Assembly (NCBI GenBank): GCA_964016885.1
Contig: OZ024743.1
Coordinates: 205,158,001 to 205,222,000, forward strand
From: Eledone cirrhosa
Lineage: Eukaryota
Direction: 5' to 3'
DNA: 64,000 nucleotides
This document shows, piece after piece, positions 41,651 to 54,535 of this stretch. Position 1 is the stretch's first letter, and each line of letters opens with the position of its first letter. Both the position numbers and the translations under genes were made by a program. The notes under the pieces were generated by a model, which ran no database searches, was not told the DNA's origin, and worked only from the letters and a program-made list of their open reading frames with translations.

Positions 41651-43887
41651 ATTATCTAAATGCATATACTCATTTCAACTCTTCTTCCCCCTGAAGTTAC
41701 ATTTATCATTATTTGTCATCCCTCTACCTCTCAACTCCATCCCTTGGTAAGCAACATGTAGCCAGCTCCCTGCTCTTATCACTCTCCACCACACACAAAC
41801 ACCTATTACTGCATTCACAGCCTGGCTGAGGAAATAATTAGCATCCTAATGTTGAAAAGTAGTAGTGCTGGTTCCATGATAAAATACACCCAGTACACCC
41901 TGTAAAGTAGTAGTGCTAGAGCCATGATTTGAATACACCCAGTACACCCTGTAAAGTAGTAGTGCTTGAGCCATGATAGAATACACCCAATACACTCAGT
42001 AAAGTGGTAGTGCTTGAGCCATTATGAAATACACCCAATACACTCTGTAAAGTGGTAGTGCTAGAGCCATTATAAAATAAAGTACTGGGGTCAAATTCAT
42101 CATTATCCTCATTTAACATCTATTTTCTATGCTAGCATGGGTTAGATGGGTTACTACATTCCGAGGCTAGACTGGTTAGGTGACCTTATCAAGCTCATAT
42201 GTTGTTTTTTTGCAGTCGGATGCCCTTGCTAATGCCAACCATTTTAGAGCATGTACTGAGAGCATTTTATCATAGCGCTAGCACTATCACCTTACAGCGT
42301 GAAGTGGGTGCATTTTATTATGGCACCAACACTGCCATTTATTTCTATAATGCATCATTTTTACGTACATTTTATTCTACATCTAGCAATGTGAAATAAG
42401 AGTAGGTATGAGGATTTCCTTGGAAAGTCATCTGCATCTTATCTATATGTTAGCTTGACCTTCTAGAAATAGCAGCCAGATCTCCCTCAAATACTTATTT
42501 TAAAAAAGAAAAGGTATATACATACTGAACTATATACAAGTATCATCATTGCTTAACGTCAATTTTCCATGCTAGCATGGGTTAGACGAGTGGTCCCAAT
42601 GTAAGACAAGTCAGATCAGGTGACTGTGTCTTGCTCATACAGAAATGTTTCTGAATTGGTTTCTATGGCTGGATACCCTCCCTAACACCAACCACATTTA
42701 CAGTGTGGACAAAGTGCTTTTTGTCATGTCACCAACACACCCATCTTACTGGATGGACTGGGTGTTTATTTGTCATGTCACCAAAGCAACCATTTTACAG
42801 TGTGGACAAAGGTGCTTTTTGACATGTCACCAACACGATCACTTTACAGTGTATACTGGGTGGTTTTGTATGTCACCAACATGACCATCTTACTGGATGG
42901 ACATGGTGTTTATTTGACATGTCACCAACGCAACCACCGTATAAGATGCTCTAAGTGCTCCTTTGTCACATCACCAACACGAGCTCTGTACAGAGTGGAC
43001 TACCTAGTCAATATATACAGAAAACCCTGCTAGTTACAAGGATTAAAGCTCTACAGGAAGCTAACTACAGAAACTAGTGTTCATCAATGATTACCTTTCA
43101 CATCATTATCATTAGGAATATTTTAGAAATTAATTAACCTTTAATTAAATATTAATTCATGACAATGATCCAGTGAGTAAAAGTGTGTACTTCTCATGAA
43201 TCATGAATTTTTATTATCAATGATGATATAATAGAAGTTTTGGCTCCAGCATTTCACATAAACTGGGGTAACGGGGTAATGCTGGTGCCACGATACACCC
43301 AGTACACTTTGTAACGTGGTAGTGGTGGTCCTACAATAAAATACATCCAGTCCACTCTGTAAAGGGGTAGTATTGGTGCCACAATAAAATACACCCAGTC
43401 CCCTCTGTAAGGTGATTGTGCTGGTGTCATGATAAAATGCTCCCAGTACATGCTATAAAGTTGTTGGCACTAGGATGGGCATCCAACAGTTAAAACTTTT
43501 CCAAAAATGGAATATCTGAGTTAGACATAGACATTTAATGAGTCAAGCCTCATAACGTGATGACCTGTCTAATCCAAGTGTAGAAAATAGATGTTAAATA
43601 ATGATGATGATGGTGATAATAATAACAACTGTCAATGGTGGTTCCATACCTTGCTAGAAATAACAACTAAATATCCCTCAAATAGATACCCTACTGTCTT
43701 AAAGAAAGGAAAGACAGGATGGTTATCAATGAAATACTATTTATCACAGATCTGTATATTCAGGGCTGACCTAGAGTAAATACAACTATACTATGTCCCT
43801 ACCACACACTCTGTCTGATACTTATTGTTATAATTAGGGTCCTCATTGTACAATAGAATCGCCTTATTGTTCACCATTGTTAAGGGC

Positions 43888-44115
43888 GTGAAGGCACGTA
43901 GCTTAGTGGTTAGAGAGTTGGATTTGCAATTGTGAGGTTGCAAGTTCAATTCTTGGACCGGGTAATGCGTTGTGTCCTTGAGCTAGACACTTCATTTCAA
44001 TTTGCTCCTTCTGCCAGGAATTATGACTGGTAGATAGTATCAGCAATTGAAAGACCAAAGGAAACAAAAGTTTCCTTGGTCCGATTTAACGAGGTCCATT
44101 CTACTCGGCAAGTGA
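43888..44115 (+). mobile_element. tRNA/CORE-like SINE with third tail type (GATAGTATCAGCAATTGAAAGACC..)
   Basis: Shared head and CORE block; tail shared with 24678-24880 and 54666-54881. Confidence 0.8.
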
Positions 44116-45999
44116 AGATGAAAATGTTTGTTCACAGTTCTCACAATCACACAACCTCTTTTGCCATCAGACAAAAGGAAAATTGCATGCCCTTCCTTGG
44201 ATGAGACTGATATCCAAATCTGTTCTCTGTGATAAGTTAAAGTCAGTTCTAAGTTGAAGGCTCATCAGGCCAGTGCTTATCTCCGGTTTCCTTGGCATTA
44301 AGTGACTGAAAATACAAGACTCTCCCTGGACAGGACACCAGTCTATCACAGGTTTAACTCCCCAGCTACTGCTGGTACTCAGCTCGACTGAGTGTACTGG
44401 AGCAACGTAAAATAAAGTGTTTTGCTCAAGAACACAACACAGCTGCATGTCCATCAATCAAACTGATGACATGATCTTACATCAAGTCAATAATGTTTGG
44501 ACATCAAACAAGTGCATGTAGAATGGTTTTGTCGCCTTGCACACATCCCAGACAGACTAAGTTCCCTTGACTGATGGCACTACCATACCTCTCTCAAACT
44601 GGCAATGCCTTACCCACTGTAACACTTCCAAGTCAAGGGCTTTTGAAAGCTGTCCACTATCTCTGACAGACTATTCAGGCTGCCCTCAAACATGCCCAAA
44701 ATTATACTTTGGCTATCATCACAAATACCTTCCCCTAGTCTATTATCGAATATTAATGTGGACACTCAGAGTATTGTCCAACTTATAAAATTGAGTGAGT
44801 TCCTGGCAAAAGCTGCAGCTCAGTCAGAGACAAGCTGCGGAAAGATATGTTTCAGAAATGGCAACCACACCATCATAATTATCTAGGAATCTCTTTAGAT
44901 GTAATCCCAATGAATTCCAGCATATCATTAACCACACAACCCTGAGACTCCTCCTAAATAAGCATTGGTCTCCTGATCAGTGGAACTTATTCCTTCCACA
45001 GAAAGCAAAATAGTATTTGGTCAGATGTTCTGTGGGTCATGGCATGACAATCAGGAAGTAGTCCATCATTGAAACAATGTAGGCACTAACTACCCCCAAC
45101 CTTTCAGGGACCATCCCCTTTTAATTCATTTCTTTTCATGATCCCTTCTTAGTTTTTATCTACTTGGAGATCTGGGCTGAGTCCCACCACAAGCATCTCT
45201 GCCCAAAAGCAGAATCTGTCATTTCACACTAACTTGTCTCTCCAGACACTGATTTACAAGCTCACCAACTTGTCCTGGTTAGTGTCTGATCCCATTATTG
45301 TCTGATACTACTTCATTATGGTGCTGCTGACCATCTCAATTTCTCATGTGTCTGATGCCATCACAGGTATGTTGTCTACATATGCTGACACACATCACAC
45401 ACCTCCTCTATATCTAAGTTCAAGTGGAATGCCTCAACACCTCCAACTTTTGCAACAGTGAACCAAGCACCTAAACATACAGCAGAGATAAGAGAAGGCA
45501 TCTTTGATGAACCTAGTGTGTGATTGTTCTGGCAGGTAATCATTTAGTTTGATAACTGAATAGATGCCATTACATGCACTAAGAATGGTTACCATGTAGT
45601 AATTGTTGGCACTATGGAAAGCTTTAGTTAGTTAAAGTCTGTTCTAAGGTGGAGGTTCATCAGGCCAGTACTTATCCATGGTTTCCTTCATGCTAAGCGA
45701 CTGAAATTACAAGGCTCTCCCTGGACAGGTCACTGGTCCATTGCAGGTTTCACTCTGCAGCTATTGCTGGTACTTATTCTCAGCTGAGTGGCCTGTCCAA
45801 GAATTGACATGATGTCATTATGATTATATGTCAAGCATCCTAACCATTAGGCACTGCTTCAAAACCTGGTCTATTCCTGCACTAGATGTGGTCGAGGTTT
45901 CTGTGGACAGATCCTCTGTGGGGATCACACATGTTTGTCTGTGTCTTCCACTGTATTACCAATGACCAGCACTAATCTCTTAATGGGCACCTTCGCAAA

Positions 46000-46230
46000 A
46001 ATATTAAGTTGGGTGTAGTCTGTTAGATGGACTGTACCTGTAATTCAAAGGGCCAGCCTTGACATACACTTTGTCATGCTGAATTTCCCTGAGAATTACA
46101 TTATGGGTACACATGTCTGTGGAATGCTCAGCCACTTACATATTAATTTCACGAGCAGGCTTTTGTCGAATCTCTTGATCCCGCAACTGGAAGCACTCAT
46201 TGTCTAAACTGACTGAGATCCATTCCAGAG
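46000..46230 (+). mobile_element. Dispersed repeat (SINE-like 3' part); second copy at 59040-59210
   Basis: Shared GCTGAAT..CCTGAGAATTAC..TGTCTGTGGAATGCT..TTAATTTCA..AACTGGAA..GAGATCCATTC. Confidence 0.7.
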
Positions 46231-47269
46231 TGTCTGATTAATTAATCAAACCTTTAATTAAATAGAGACCATTATTATCTAATGATATTTCTCATAACAG
46301 TAACAATAATAATAATGGTTATGTATGAATCGTAGAAATGTTTAGAATTAGTTGCTTTCAAAAACATTATTGTACGGCATACTGAGTTCAAATCCCGCCG
46401 AGGTTAACTTTGCCTTTCATCCTTACGGGGTCGATAAAATAAAGTACCAGTAATACACTGGGTAATTGCTGGCCTTGTACCTAAAGTAGAAACAATTATA
46501 CACTCATTTCCCTCACCATTATATTCACTCATTTCCCCTCATCATTATATACACTCATTTTCCCATCATTATATGCACTCATTTTCACATCATTATACAC
46601 ATTCATTTTCCCATCATTATATACACTCATCCCCCACCCCCATCATTATCCCATCATTATATACACTAATTTCCCCTCATCATTATATACACTCATTTTA
46701 CCTTATCGTTATATACCCCCCCCCCCCCCCCCATTATACAGACACATTTTCACATTATTATACATATGGAATGACTAGAATCTCTACATCCATTAGTTTC
46801 AATGTTGTTCTAAAAGAAAAGATAGAATGGCTACAACAAAATCAAAACACAGAGGGCTGGCTAAAGATCTTTGAAAGTTAACTAAGTCTCCAGTTACTAA
46901 ACCAACCAATGAATGGATTAGTTACCTGACTAATAATGGTTTCTAACTTAGACACATGGCCAGCAGGTAAGACACCAGTATTTCACTGTTAATTTATTTT
47001 ATTGACTCTAGAGGTAAAGTTGACCTGCTATGAAAGCAGAACTTAAAGGGATGGAACAAATGCTGCTGTCCAATCTAAAGTCTAAAGTTTGTCATGAGCC
47101 TGAGCTTATTCTGGTTTCTGTGACATGAAGTGACCGAGAGTACAAGACTTCCCCCAACAGGACACCAGTCCATTGCAGGGTTAAACCTCCAGCTATTGCT
47201 GGTACTTATTTTCGGCTGAGTATACTGGGAGCAACATAAAATGAAAAGTTTTTCTCAAGAACACAGCAC

Positions 47270-47755
47270 ACAACCTAGCCCAGGAATCAAACCCACGACT
47301 GTATGATCGTAAAGTTCAACACCTTTACCACTAGGCCACGTACCTCAACCCAATTCAATCTAGAGATCAAATCCATAACATTATGATCCAACACCCTTAC
47401 CACTAGGCCACACACCTCCTCAGAACATAACACACAACCCAATCCAGGAATCAAATCCATGACATTATGATTGTAAGTTCAACACCCTTACCACTAGGCC
47501 ATGTGCCTCCACAGAACCCAATCCAGGAATCAAACCCACGACATTATGATCATATGTCCAACACCCTTAACACTAGGCCACACCTCCTCAGAACACAACA
47601 CACAACCCAGCCCAGGAATCAAACCCACAACAAGATTGCAAGTCCAACACCTTTACCACTAGGCCACACACCTCCACACAATCCAGCCCTGGAATCAAAC
47701 CCACAACATTATAATTGTCAGTCCAACACCCTAACAACTAGGCCATGTGCCTCCA
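47270..47755 (-). repeat. Tandem array of about 6 tRNA-like SINE heads
   Basis: Repeated GGAATCAAACCCAC..AACACCCTTACCACTAGGCCA, the reverse complement of A-box TGGCCTAGTGG and B-box GGTTTGATTCC. Confidence 0.8.
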
Positions 47756-48874
47756 CTATTTTGTCTGATGCTCTAACAATAATTGTTTCTACTTTTGGCA
47801 CAAGGCCAGCAATTACCCAGTGCATTACTGGTACTTTATTTTATCGACCCCGTAAGGATGAAAGGCAAAGTAAACCTCGGCTGGATTTGAACTCAGAATG
47901 GCAAGGACCGTAACTCTATGCGTCAAAGCATGGCGTCCGACCCTCTACCGATACTGCCAACAATAATATAACTGAAGTGAAACTCAACTAGTGCATATGT
48001 TTTTAATGGCAGCATAACCCTTCCAAAGTATAACAAGTACTCATTTAGTATTTCTACTATTACACCTGACAAGTTAGCTACTTAACCAGTTCTCTTTATA
48101 GCTCTTGTTTATTCTACCTAGAATCTTTTGGTGTTTAACATATCTATTAACAGAAATGTCTTTTGTCACCCCCACTCACCTCCTCCACATCCACCCCATT
48201 ATATAATAATACCATTACAGATATCAACCCTTCGTTTACATATTGTTATAAATATTAATTTATCAATAAGACAATACTTAATTTTTAATAATTGTTTCTA
48301 CTTTAGGCACAAGGCCAACACTTACCCAGTGCATTACTGGTACTTTATTCTATCGACCCCGTAAGGATAAAAGGCAAAGTCAACTTCGGCGGAATTTGAA
48401 CTCAGATCGTAAAGGGACGTAACTATGCTGGAAAGCATGGCGTCCGACCCTCTACCGATACTGCCAATTTTAATAATAATTGCAGGAAAAGTCAAAGAAA
48501 CCGAAAGATAATTTTCAAATAGAACTATTTTCTTTTTTAATTAATTGCATAAGATTACTTTATGTATTGAGATATTTCATAAATGGTATTCTAACAATGC
48601 CTTGTAAATGAACTTGGATATATCAGGGCCAGACATTCACTCGTTGAGGCCCTTCTCCATTATACATAGTTATTAATTTTTATATTAATGTTAATGATAG
48701 AATAAATAACACACACACATATATATATATAATTGGTTATGCACGAGTGCATTAAGGTTTTCCAGGACACAGTGTTATGTACCGTGTAGGGGAAGGTCAG
48801 CTTACAACAGAGTGGTGCTCAACGAAATGCAGAAAATAGGTGTATATTCCAGTTTAGCTATACTCCGGGGCGTG

Positions 48875-49603
48875 TATAAAGAATCAAAAAGAACAGAAAG
48901 ATGCAGTAAAAGAGATATCGTGCAGGCCAGCCTTACTGCCGATTATGCAATATGGAGCTATTTTACATACTAAAATCGAATTATACTCTTCTCAACAACA
49001 GAACGGAAAGGACTCTATATTGCAATCACAGACTCAAGGCTACGTTCTCGAAATACAAACCTGGCTTGATTTGATCCTGCGACTTCTGCTTTCCTCTATC
49101 TGTCCCCATGGATTATTGCTATGCCTTCTATTGACCACATCTCCCCTATTCAACATCTCCTCCTACATACTTTACAAGTCACTCGGCCTAATCTCCCCTG
49201 CCTCCATCTATCATAGATCATAAACCTATCAACGTCTACCATCTCCCTAGCACACAGACAGTTGGACTAGTCCATACCTAGACTTCATTATCGTATTTTA
49301 TCCCCCCCTCTGTTTTACCTCAACAACCATGAAAAACCCCGCTATCTCTCTCGTCTTTGTCACATCCTCCTTCTTCTCTACTTCAACTTCACATAAATTC
49401 CTATAAAAACCTGAACATTCTGGTACGGTAAACATAATCTCTGATGATATGGAATCGATTGTGCATTGGATGTCGAATGCTCTACTAACTATATAATATT
49501 ATAGATGCAGCGAGATCTAGGCAAATTGATGTCTATTGAAATGTACGTTAGAACCGAATAAATCTCTTTTACTGCATCTTTCTGTTCTTTTTGATTCTTT
49601 ATA
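48875..49603 (+). mobile_element. 5'-truncated PLE 3' end (GIY-YIG C-terminus, 3' UTR, hammerhead-like motif) bounded by a perfect 42-bp inverted repeat
   Basis: Inverted repeat 48875-48916/49562-49603. Frame 48916-49074 reads YRAGQPYCRLCNMELFYILKSNYTLLNNRTERTLYCNHRLKATFSKYKPGLI*, matching the CxLCxxExxxI..LLNxRxE..CxH pattern recalled for PLE (Naiad-type) endonuclease ends. Confidence 0.78.
49438..49552 (+). ncRNA. Hammerhead-like motif with a ~90-nt extended stem II
   Basis: TCT-CTGATGA-[long hairpin: ATGGA/TCTAT, ATCGATT/AATTGAT, TTGGAT/ATCTAG, TCG/CGA, TGC/GCA, TCTA/TAGA]-GAAA-TGTACG-TT-AGA. Base of stem II is imperfect. Confidence 0.5.
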
Positions 49604-49610
49604 TATATAT

Positions 49611-52600
49611 AAGCGACAATGTCAAAGATAAAGACAAATTCACCTCGTGGACGAGAATGCAAGCACTCCGCCTTGTTTCGGCCCAGGATGGCTAACATAA
49701 CCCCCCCCACGCGCCCCACCCCTCCCACCCTCCAAACGCAATCCAAAACTTCAGAGTTGGTACCATGAATGTAGGCACCTTAAAGGGTCGCTCTAATGAG
49801 GTTGTAGAAATGCTTGAACGTAAGGAGGTCGATGTTTGTTGTATTCAAGAGACCAGGTGGAGGGGAGGGTCGGCTAGATTCATCGTGGGTAAAGAACGAT
49901 GCTATAAGCTTTTCTGGGTGGGAAATGACAATGGGTTGGGTGGGGTAGGAATCATGGTAGCAGAAAAGTGGGCAGATAAGATAATAGACGTAAATAGAGT
50001 GAACGACAGAATAATTAAAATAAGACTTGTCCTCAATAAAACTACGGTGACAGTAATATCTGCGTACGCACCACAATCCGGACTGCCCGGTGCTATAAAA
50101 GACAGATTCTACGAGACACTGATGCTCGCTACCTCCCAAATAACCGACAGTGATTATATAGTTATTGCAGGCGACCTAAATGGTCACGTTGGACAGCATT
50201 GTGACGGCTATGACGGAATCCATGGAGGCTATGGGTTTGGTACTAGAAATGAGGAAGGCTCCAGAATCCTGGAATTCTGTGACGCAAATAACTTAAATAT
50301 CTGTAACACTAACTTCAAAAAACGAGACAATCACTTGATCACCTATAGATCGGGGAACACACAAGCCAGGTAGATTATATCCTTACCAGAAGACGTGACA
50401 GAGTGTCTGTTGTTAACACTAAATCCCTCCCCCATGAAGAATTCACCTCCCAACATAGACTGATAATTAGCGACCTCATAGTCAGGACGAGACGTACTAG
50501 ACAGCGGAAGAGGACTATCCTCAGGAGAAAAATATGGAAGCTAAAGGACCCCATAGCCAGAAATAAATTTCAAAGCATATTACTTGACGCTTTCGACAGT
50601 AAGGAAGAGCAATTAGAGTCGTATAATATAGAGGAACAGTGGGAATTCCTGAGAGCAAACCTGCTGACGGTGGCAGACGAAGTCTGTGGCTGGAGCAGGC
50701 CTGTAGGTAGGAGGAGAGTAACATGGTGGTGGAACAGTAAGGTGGAGGAGTCAATTAAGGCCAAAAAGCAGGCTTGGAAAGCATGGCGGGATGGGGGAAG
50801 TAGAGAAGACTATCAGGTAGCCAGGAGGGAAGCTAGGAGACAACTGTACTTCGCAAGAATGGAAGCAGAGGAAAGAAAGTTCAAGCATGTTCTACAACGT
50901 GAGGACCAAAAACGTGAGGTGTTCAGGATTGCCAGGCAATGTGTCAAGGAAAACCGTGATATTGTCGGGGAGAAGTGTGTGCTTAACGATGATGGCATAC
51001 TTGCCATCACCGACGCTGATAAGAAGGTAGCTTGGAAGTGTCACTACGAAAGGCTTCTAAATGAGGAGAATAAATGGGAGAAAAAAAGTCTCCCCCACAT
51101 CGACCCAATAGAGGGACCAGCAGTGTTAGTCCAGGGTAGTACAATAAGCAAGGCAATCAAAGATATGAAGACGGGTAAGGCGGCTGGTCCTTCGGAAATA
51201 GTTGCTGAGATGCTGAAGGCATCTGGTTCGGTGGGACACACCATGGTCACCCGGATAGTTAACCAAGTCGTACAGAATGGGGTTGTTCCGAAGGACTGGC
51301 GTAGCAGCATCATCGTTAACTGCTATAAGGGAAAAGGAGACGCCCTAGATAGGAGTAACTATAGAGGCATTAAATTAATCGACCAGGTCATGAAGGTCAC
51401 GGAAAAAGTAATAGCGCAATTAATCAGAGAGAGAATTGATCTAGATGAAATGCAGTTCGGGTTTGTGTCAGGCAAAAGTACCACAGACGCTCTTTTCATT
51501 GTACGACAACTACAGGAGAAGTACCTAGCTAAAAGTAAACCCCTATACTTAGCTTTCGTCGACTTGGAGAAAGCCTTCGACAGAGTCCCCCGTTCCATTA
51601 TCTGGTGGTCTCTTAGAAAACTAGGTGTTGACGAATGGCTTGTGAGAGCTATACAAGCCATGTATAAAGAAACAGTCAGTAAGGTTAGAATTAACAACGA
51701 ATATAGTGAAGAGTTTAGCGTAAAAGTTGGTGTCCATCAGGGCTCTGTTCTTAGCCCCCTACTATTTATTATTGCCCTTCAGGCTAAAACAGAGGAGTTC
51801 AAGACCGGCTGCCCATGGGAACTCCTATACGCAGATGATCTAACGCTCATAGCTGAATCAATGACCGAACTAGAGAAGAAATTCCAAACATGGAAGCACG
51901 GCCTAGAATCAAAAGGCCTTAAAATTAACCTGGCTAAAACAAAAGTTCTAGTTTGTAGGAAAGAAAATATGGCGGCAGTCCCATCTGGGAAATGGCCATG
52001 CTCAGTGTGTAGGAAAGGCGTAGGTAGAAACTCCATTTTATGTCCCAAATGCAAAGTATGGGTGCATAAAAGATGTAGTGGGATCACAGGTAAGCTAACT
52101 AAGAACATAGATTTTACATGTGGCCGGTGCTCTGGTGCAATAAGCAGCAGCAAGTGCCCACAAAATACTAGCTCCTTCAACTGCGCAGAGGGTTCTATAG
52201 AAATAGTGGACAGCTTCCGTTACCTGGGTGACAAAATCAGCAGTGGGGGAGGGTGCTCTGAAAGTACAGTAGCTAGAGTCAGAACTGGATGGAAAAAGTT
52301 CAGAGAGCTTATACCACTATTAGCCGCTAGAGGGTTCTCCCTAAAAATGAAAGGCAGGTTATACGATGCCTGCATACGAACAGCAATGCTGCATGGCAGT
52401 GAGACCTGGGCATTGTGTGCAGAGGATATACGCAGACTAGAGAGGAACGAAGCTTGCATGCTCCGCTGGATGTGCAATAGTAATATACGTGAACGGCAAA
52501 GCATAAACGAACTAAGGAAAAAATTAGAAATAAGAGGGATCAGATGTTGTTTACTCGAGAGAAGGCTACGTTGGTACGGTCACGTGATGCGCATGAAAGA

Positions 52601-53292
52601 CGACAGCTGTATAACAAAGTGCAGGGCAATAAAGATAGACGGTAGCCACGGAGTAGGCAGACCCAGAAAAACATGGGACGAGCTGATAAATTCCGACCTC
52701 ACACGCTTACACCTCTCCAAGACAATGTCACTGGACCGAGACCTTTGGCGGTACTCAGTAATAGAGAAGACCCGCCTTACCTAAATACAAAGTAAAAACC
52801 TACTACAGTCAGTAGGCATCTCTATCAAAACACCCCCCCGTCCCACCACCTCCACCCCATCCACACCGCCCCTTTCAATGTACAGTTATGTTGGTCCCAC
52901 AACATCCAGGCCGAAACAAATGAGATCGTGTAGGTGTCACGACAAAAAAACACACAGTCCACGCTGTAAATGTGGCCGTGTAGGCAACACGGTAAAAACC
53001 TCCCAGCCCCACACTGTAAATGTGGTTGGTGTTAGGAAGGGCATCCAGCTGTAGAAAACCCGCCAGACAGTCCACGCTGTAATGTGGCCGTGTAGGCAAC
53101 ACGGTAAAAACCTCCCAGCCCCACACTGTAAATGTGGTTGGTGTTAGGAAGGGCATCCAACTGTAGAAAACCCGCCAGACAGTCCTATGCGAGCAAGACA
53201 ACCACTCTTGCCTCAAGTGGGAAAACCCCCGTCCAAACCCATGCAAGCGTGGAACACGGACGCTAAACCTGATGATGATGATGATGATGATG
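49611..53292 (+). mobile_element. Near-full-length RTE-clade LINE (family A): APE endonuclease, RT with internal PHD finger, modular 3' UTR, (GAT)n tail
   Basis: APE motifs (TMNVGTL, IQETRW, SAYAPQ, GDLNGHVG, QVDYIL, QHRLII). RT motifs (YRGIKL, QFGF, FVDLEKAFDRV, QGSVLSPLLF, YADD, FRYLG). Starts right after a (TA)n run. Confidence 0.95.
49765..52784 (+). pseudogene. RTE APE-RT ORF split by a single frameshift near 50360 (49765-50373 and ~50363-52784)
   Basis: ..RSGNTQ then AR* in frame 1, while SQVDYILTRR continues in the frame of the 793-aa ORF; one missing base restores a single ORF. Confidence 0.88.
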
Positions 53293-53708
53293 AAGAAGTT
53301 GACGAACCCAGCATAGGTATCAATGCTAGGACTGGTTGCATCTCAGCATATGTATATATAAATTATATATATATATAAATTATATATCATTTCATCATCA
53401 TCATTTTATTTTACATCCACTTTTCCCTGCTCGCAAGGGTGGGACGGGAACTGATTCTGGTTTGATTTCTACAGTTGGATGCCCTTCCTAACACCAACCT
53501 CATTTACAGTGAGTGCTGGGTGCTTTTTTGCCGTGGTACCTCCACGACCACTTTGCAGTGGAATGATAGGGACCGCAGTCCCTATCATCTCATTTCTACA
53601 GCTGAGTAAACTGGAGCAATGTGAAATAAAGTGTCTTGCTCAAGGAAACAATACATCACCTGGTCTGAGAATTGCAAGCCCAATGCTCTAACCACTAAGC
53701 CATGTGCC

Positions 53709-53776
<68 letters not shown>

Positions 53777-54132
53777 CACACACACACACACATAAATTAT
53801 ACACATATACATATAAATTATCACGGACACTCTATCTCAAAATTATTTTTGAAAAGCATTTAGAAATGCGCAACCGGTAAAAACTTAAAAACTTAAAACC
53901 ACAACTGAATACTAACCCATACAATCACTAATACTCTTTTATTCCTAATTAAACCATTTTTCAACTGTGAACAATTTGTCAGCATTTTCTATTCCGTTTA
54001 CCAATATATATATATATATATATATATATTATGGAATACTGTTGGCTTTTCGCTACAATGTTTTCTATACCTTTCATTTATATAATTTATATATATATAT
54101 ATATAAATTATATATATATATATAAATTATAT

Positions 54133-54535
54133 ATCATCATCATCATCATCGTCATCGTTTAACGTCCATGTTCCACGCTTGCATGGGTCTGGACGGGAGC
54201 TTTCCCACTTGAGGCAAGAGTGGTTGTCTTGCTCGCATAGGACTGTCTGGCGGGTTTTCTACAGCTGGATGCCCTTCCTAACACCAACCACATTTACAGT
54301 GTGGGGCTGGGAGGTTTTTACTGTGTTGCCTACACGGCCACATTACAGCGTGGACTGTCTGGCGGGTTTTCTACAGCTGGATGCCCTTCCTAATACCAAC
54401 CACATTTACAGTGTGGGATGGAGAGGTTTTTACCGTGTTGCCTACACGGCCACATTACAGCGTGGACTGTGTGTTTTTTTGTCGTGACACCTACACGATC
54501 TCATTTGTTTCGGCCTGGATGTTGTGGCACCAACA
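54133..54535 (-). mobile_element. 3' UTR-only copy of RTE family A with duplicated module block
   Basis: Reverse complement of 52890-53290, including the same internal duplication. Confidence 0.88.

Noticed and set aside
44500-45500. Possible ancient RT remnant (STYAD-like at about 45375)
   Set aside because: Too degraded to support by eye.
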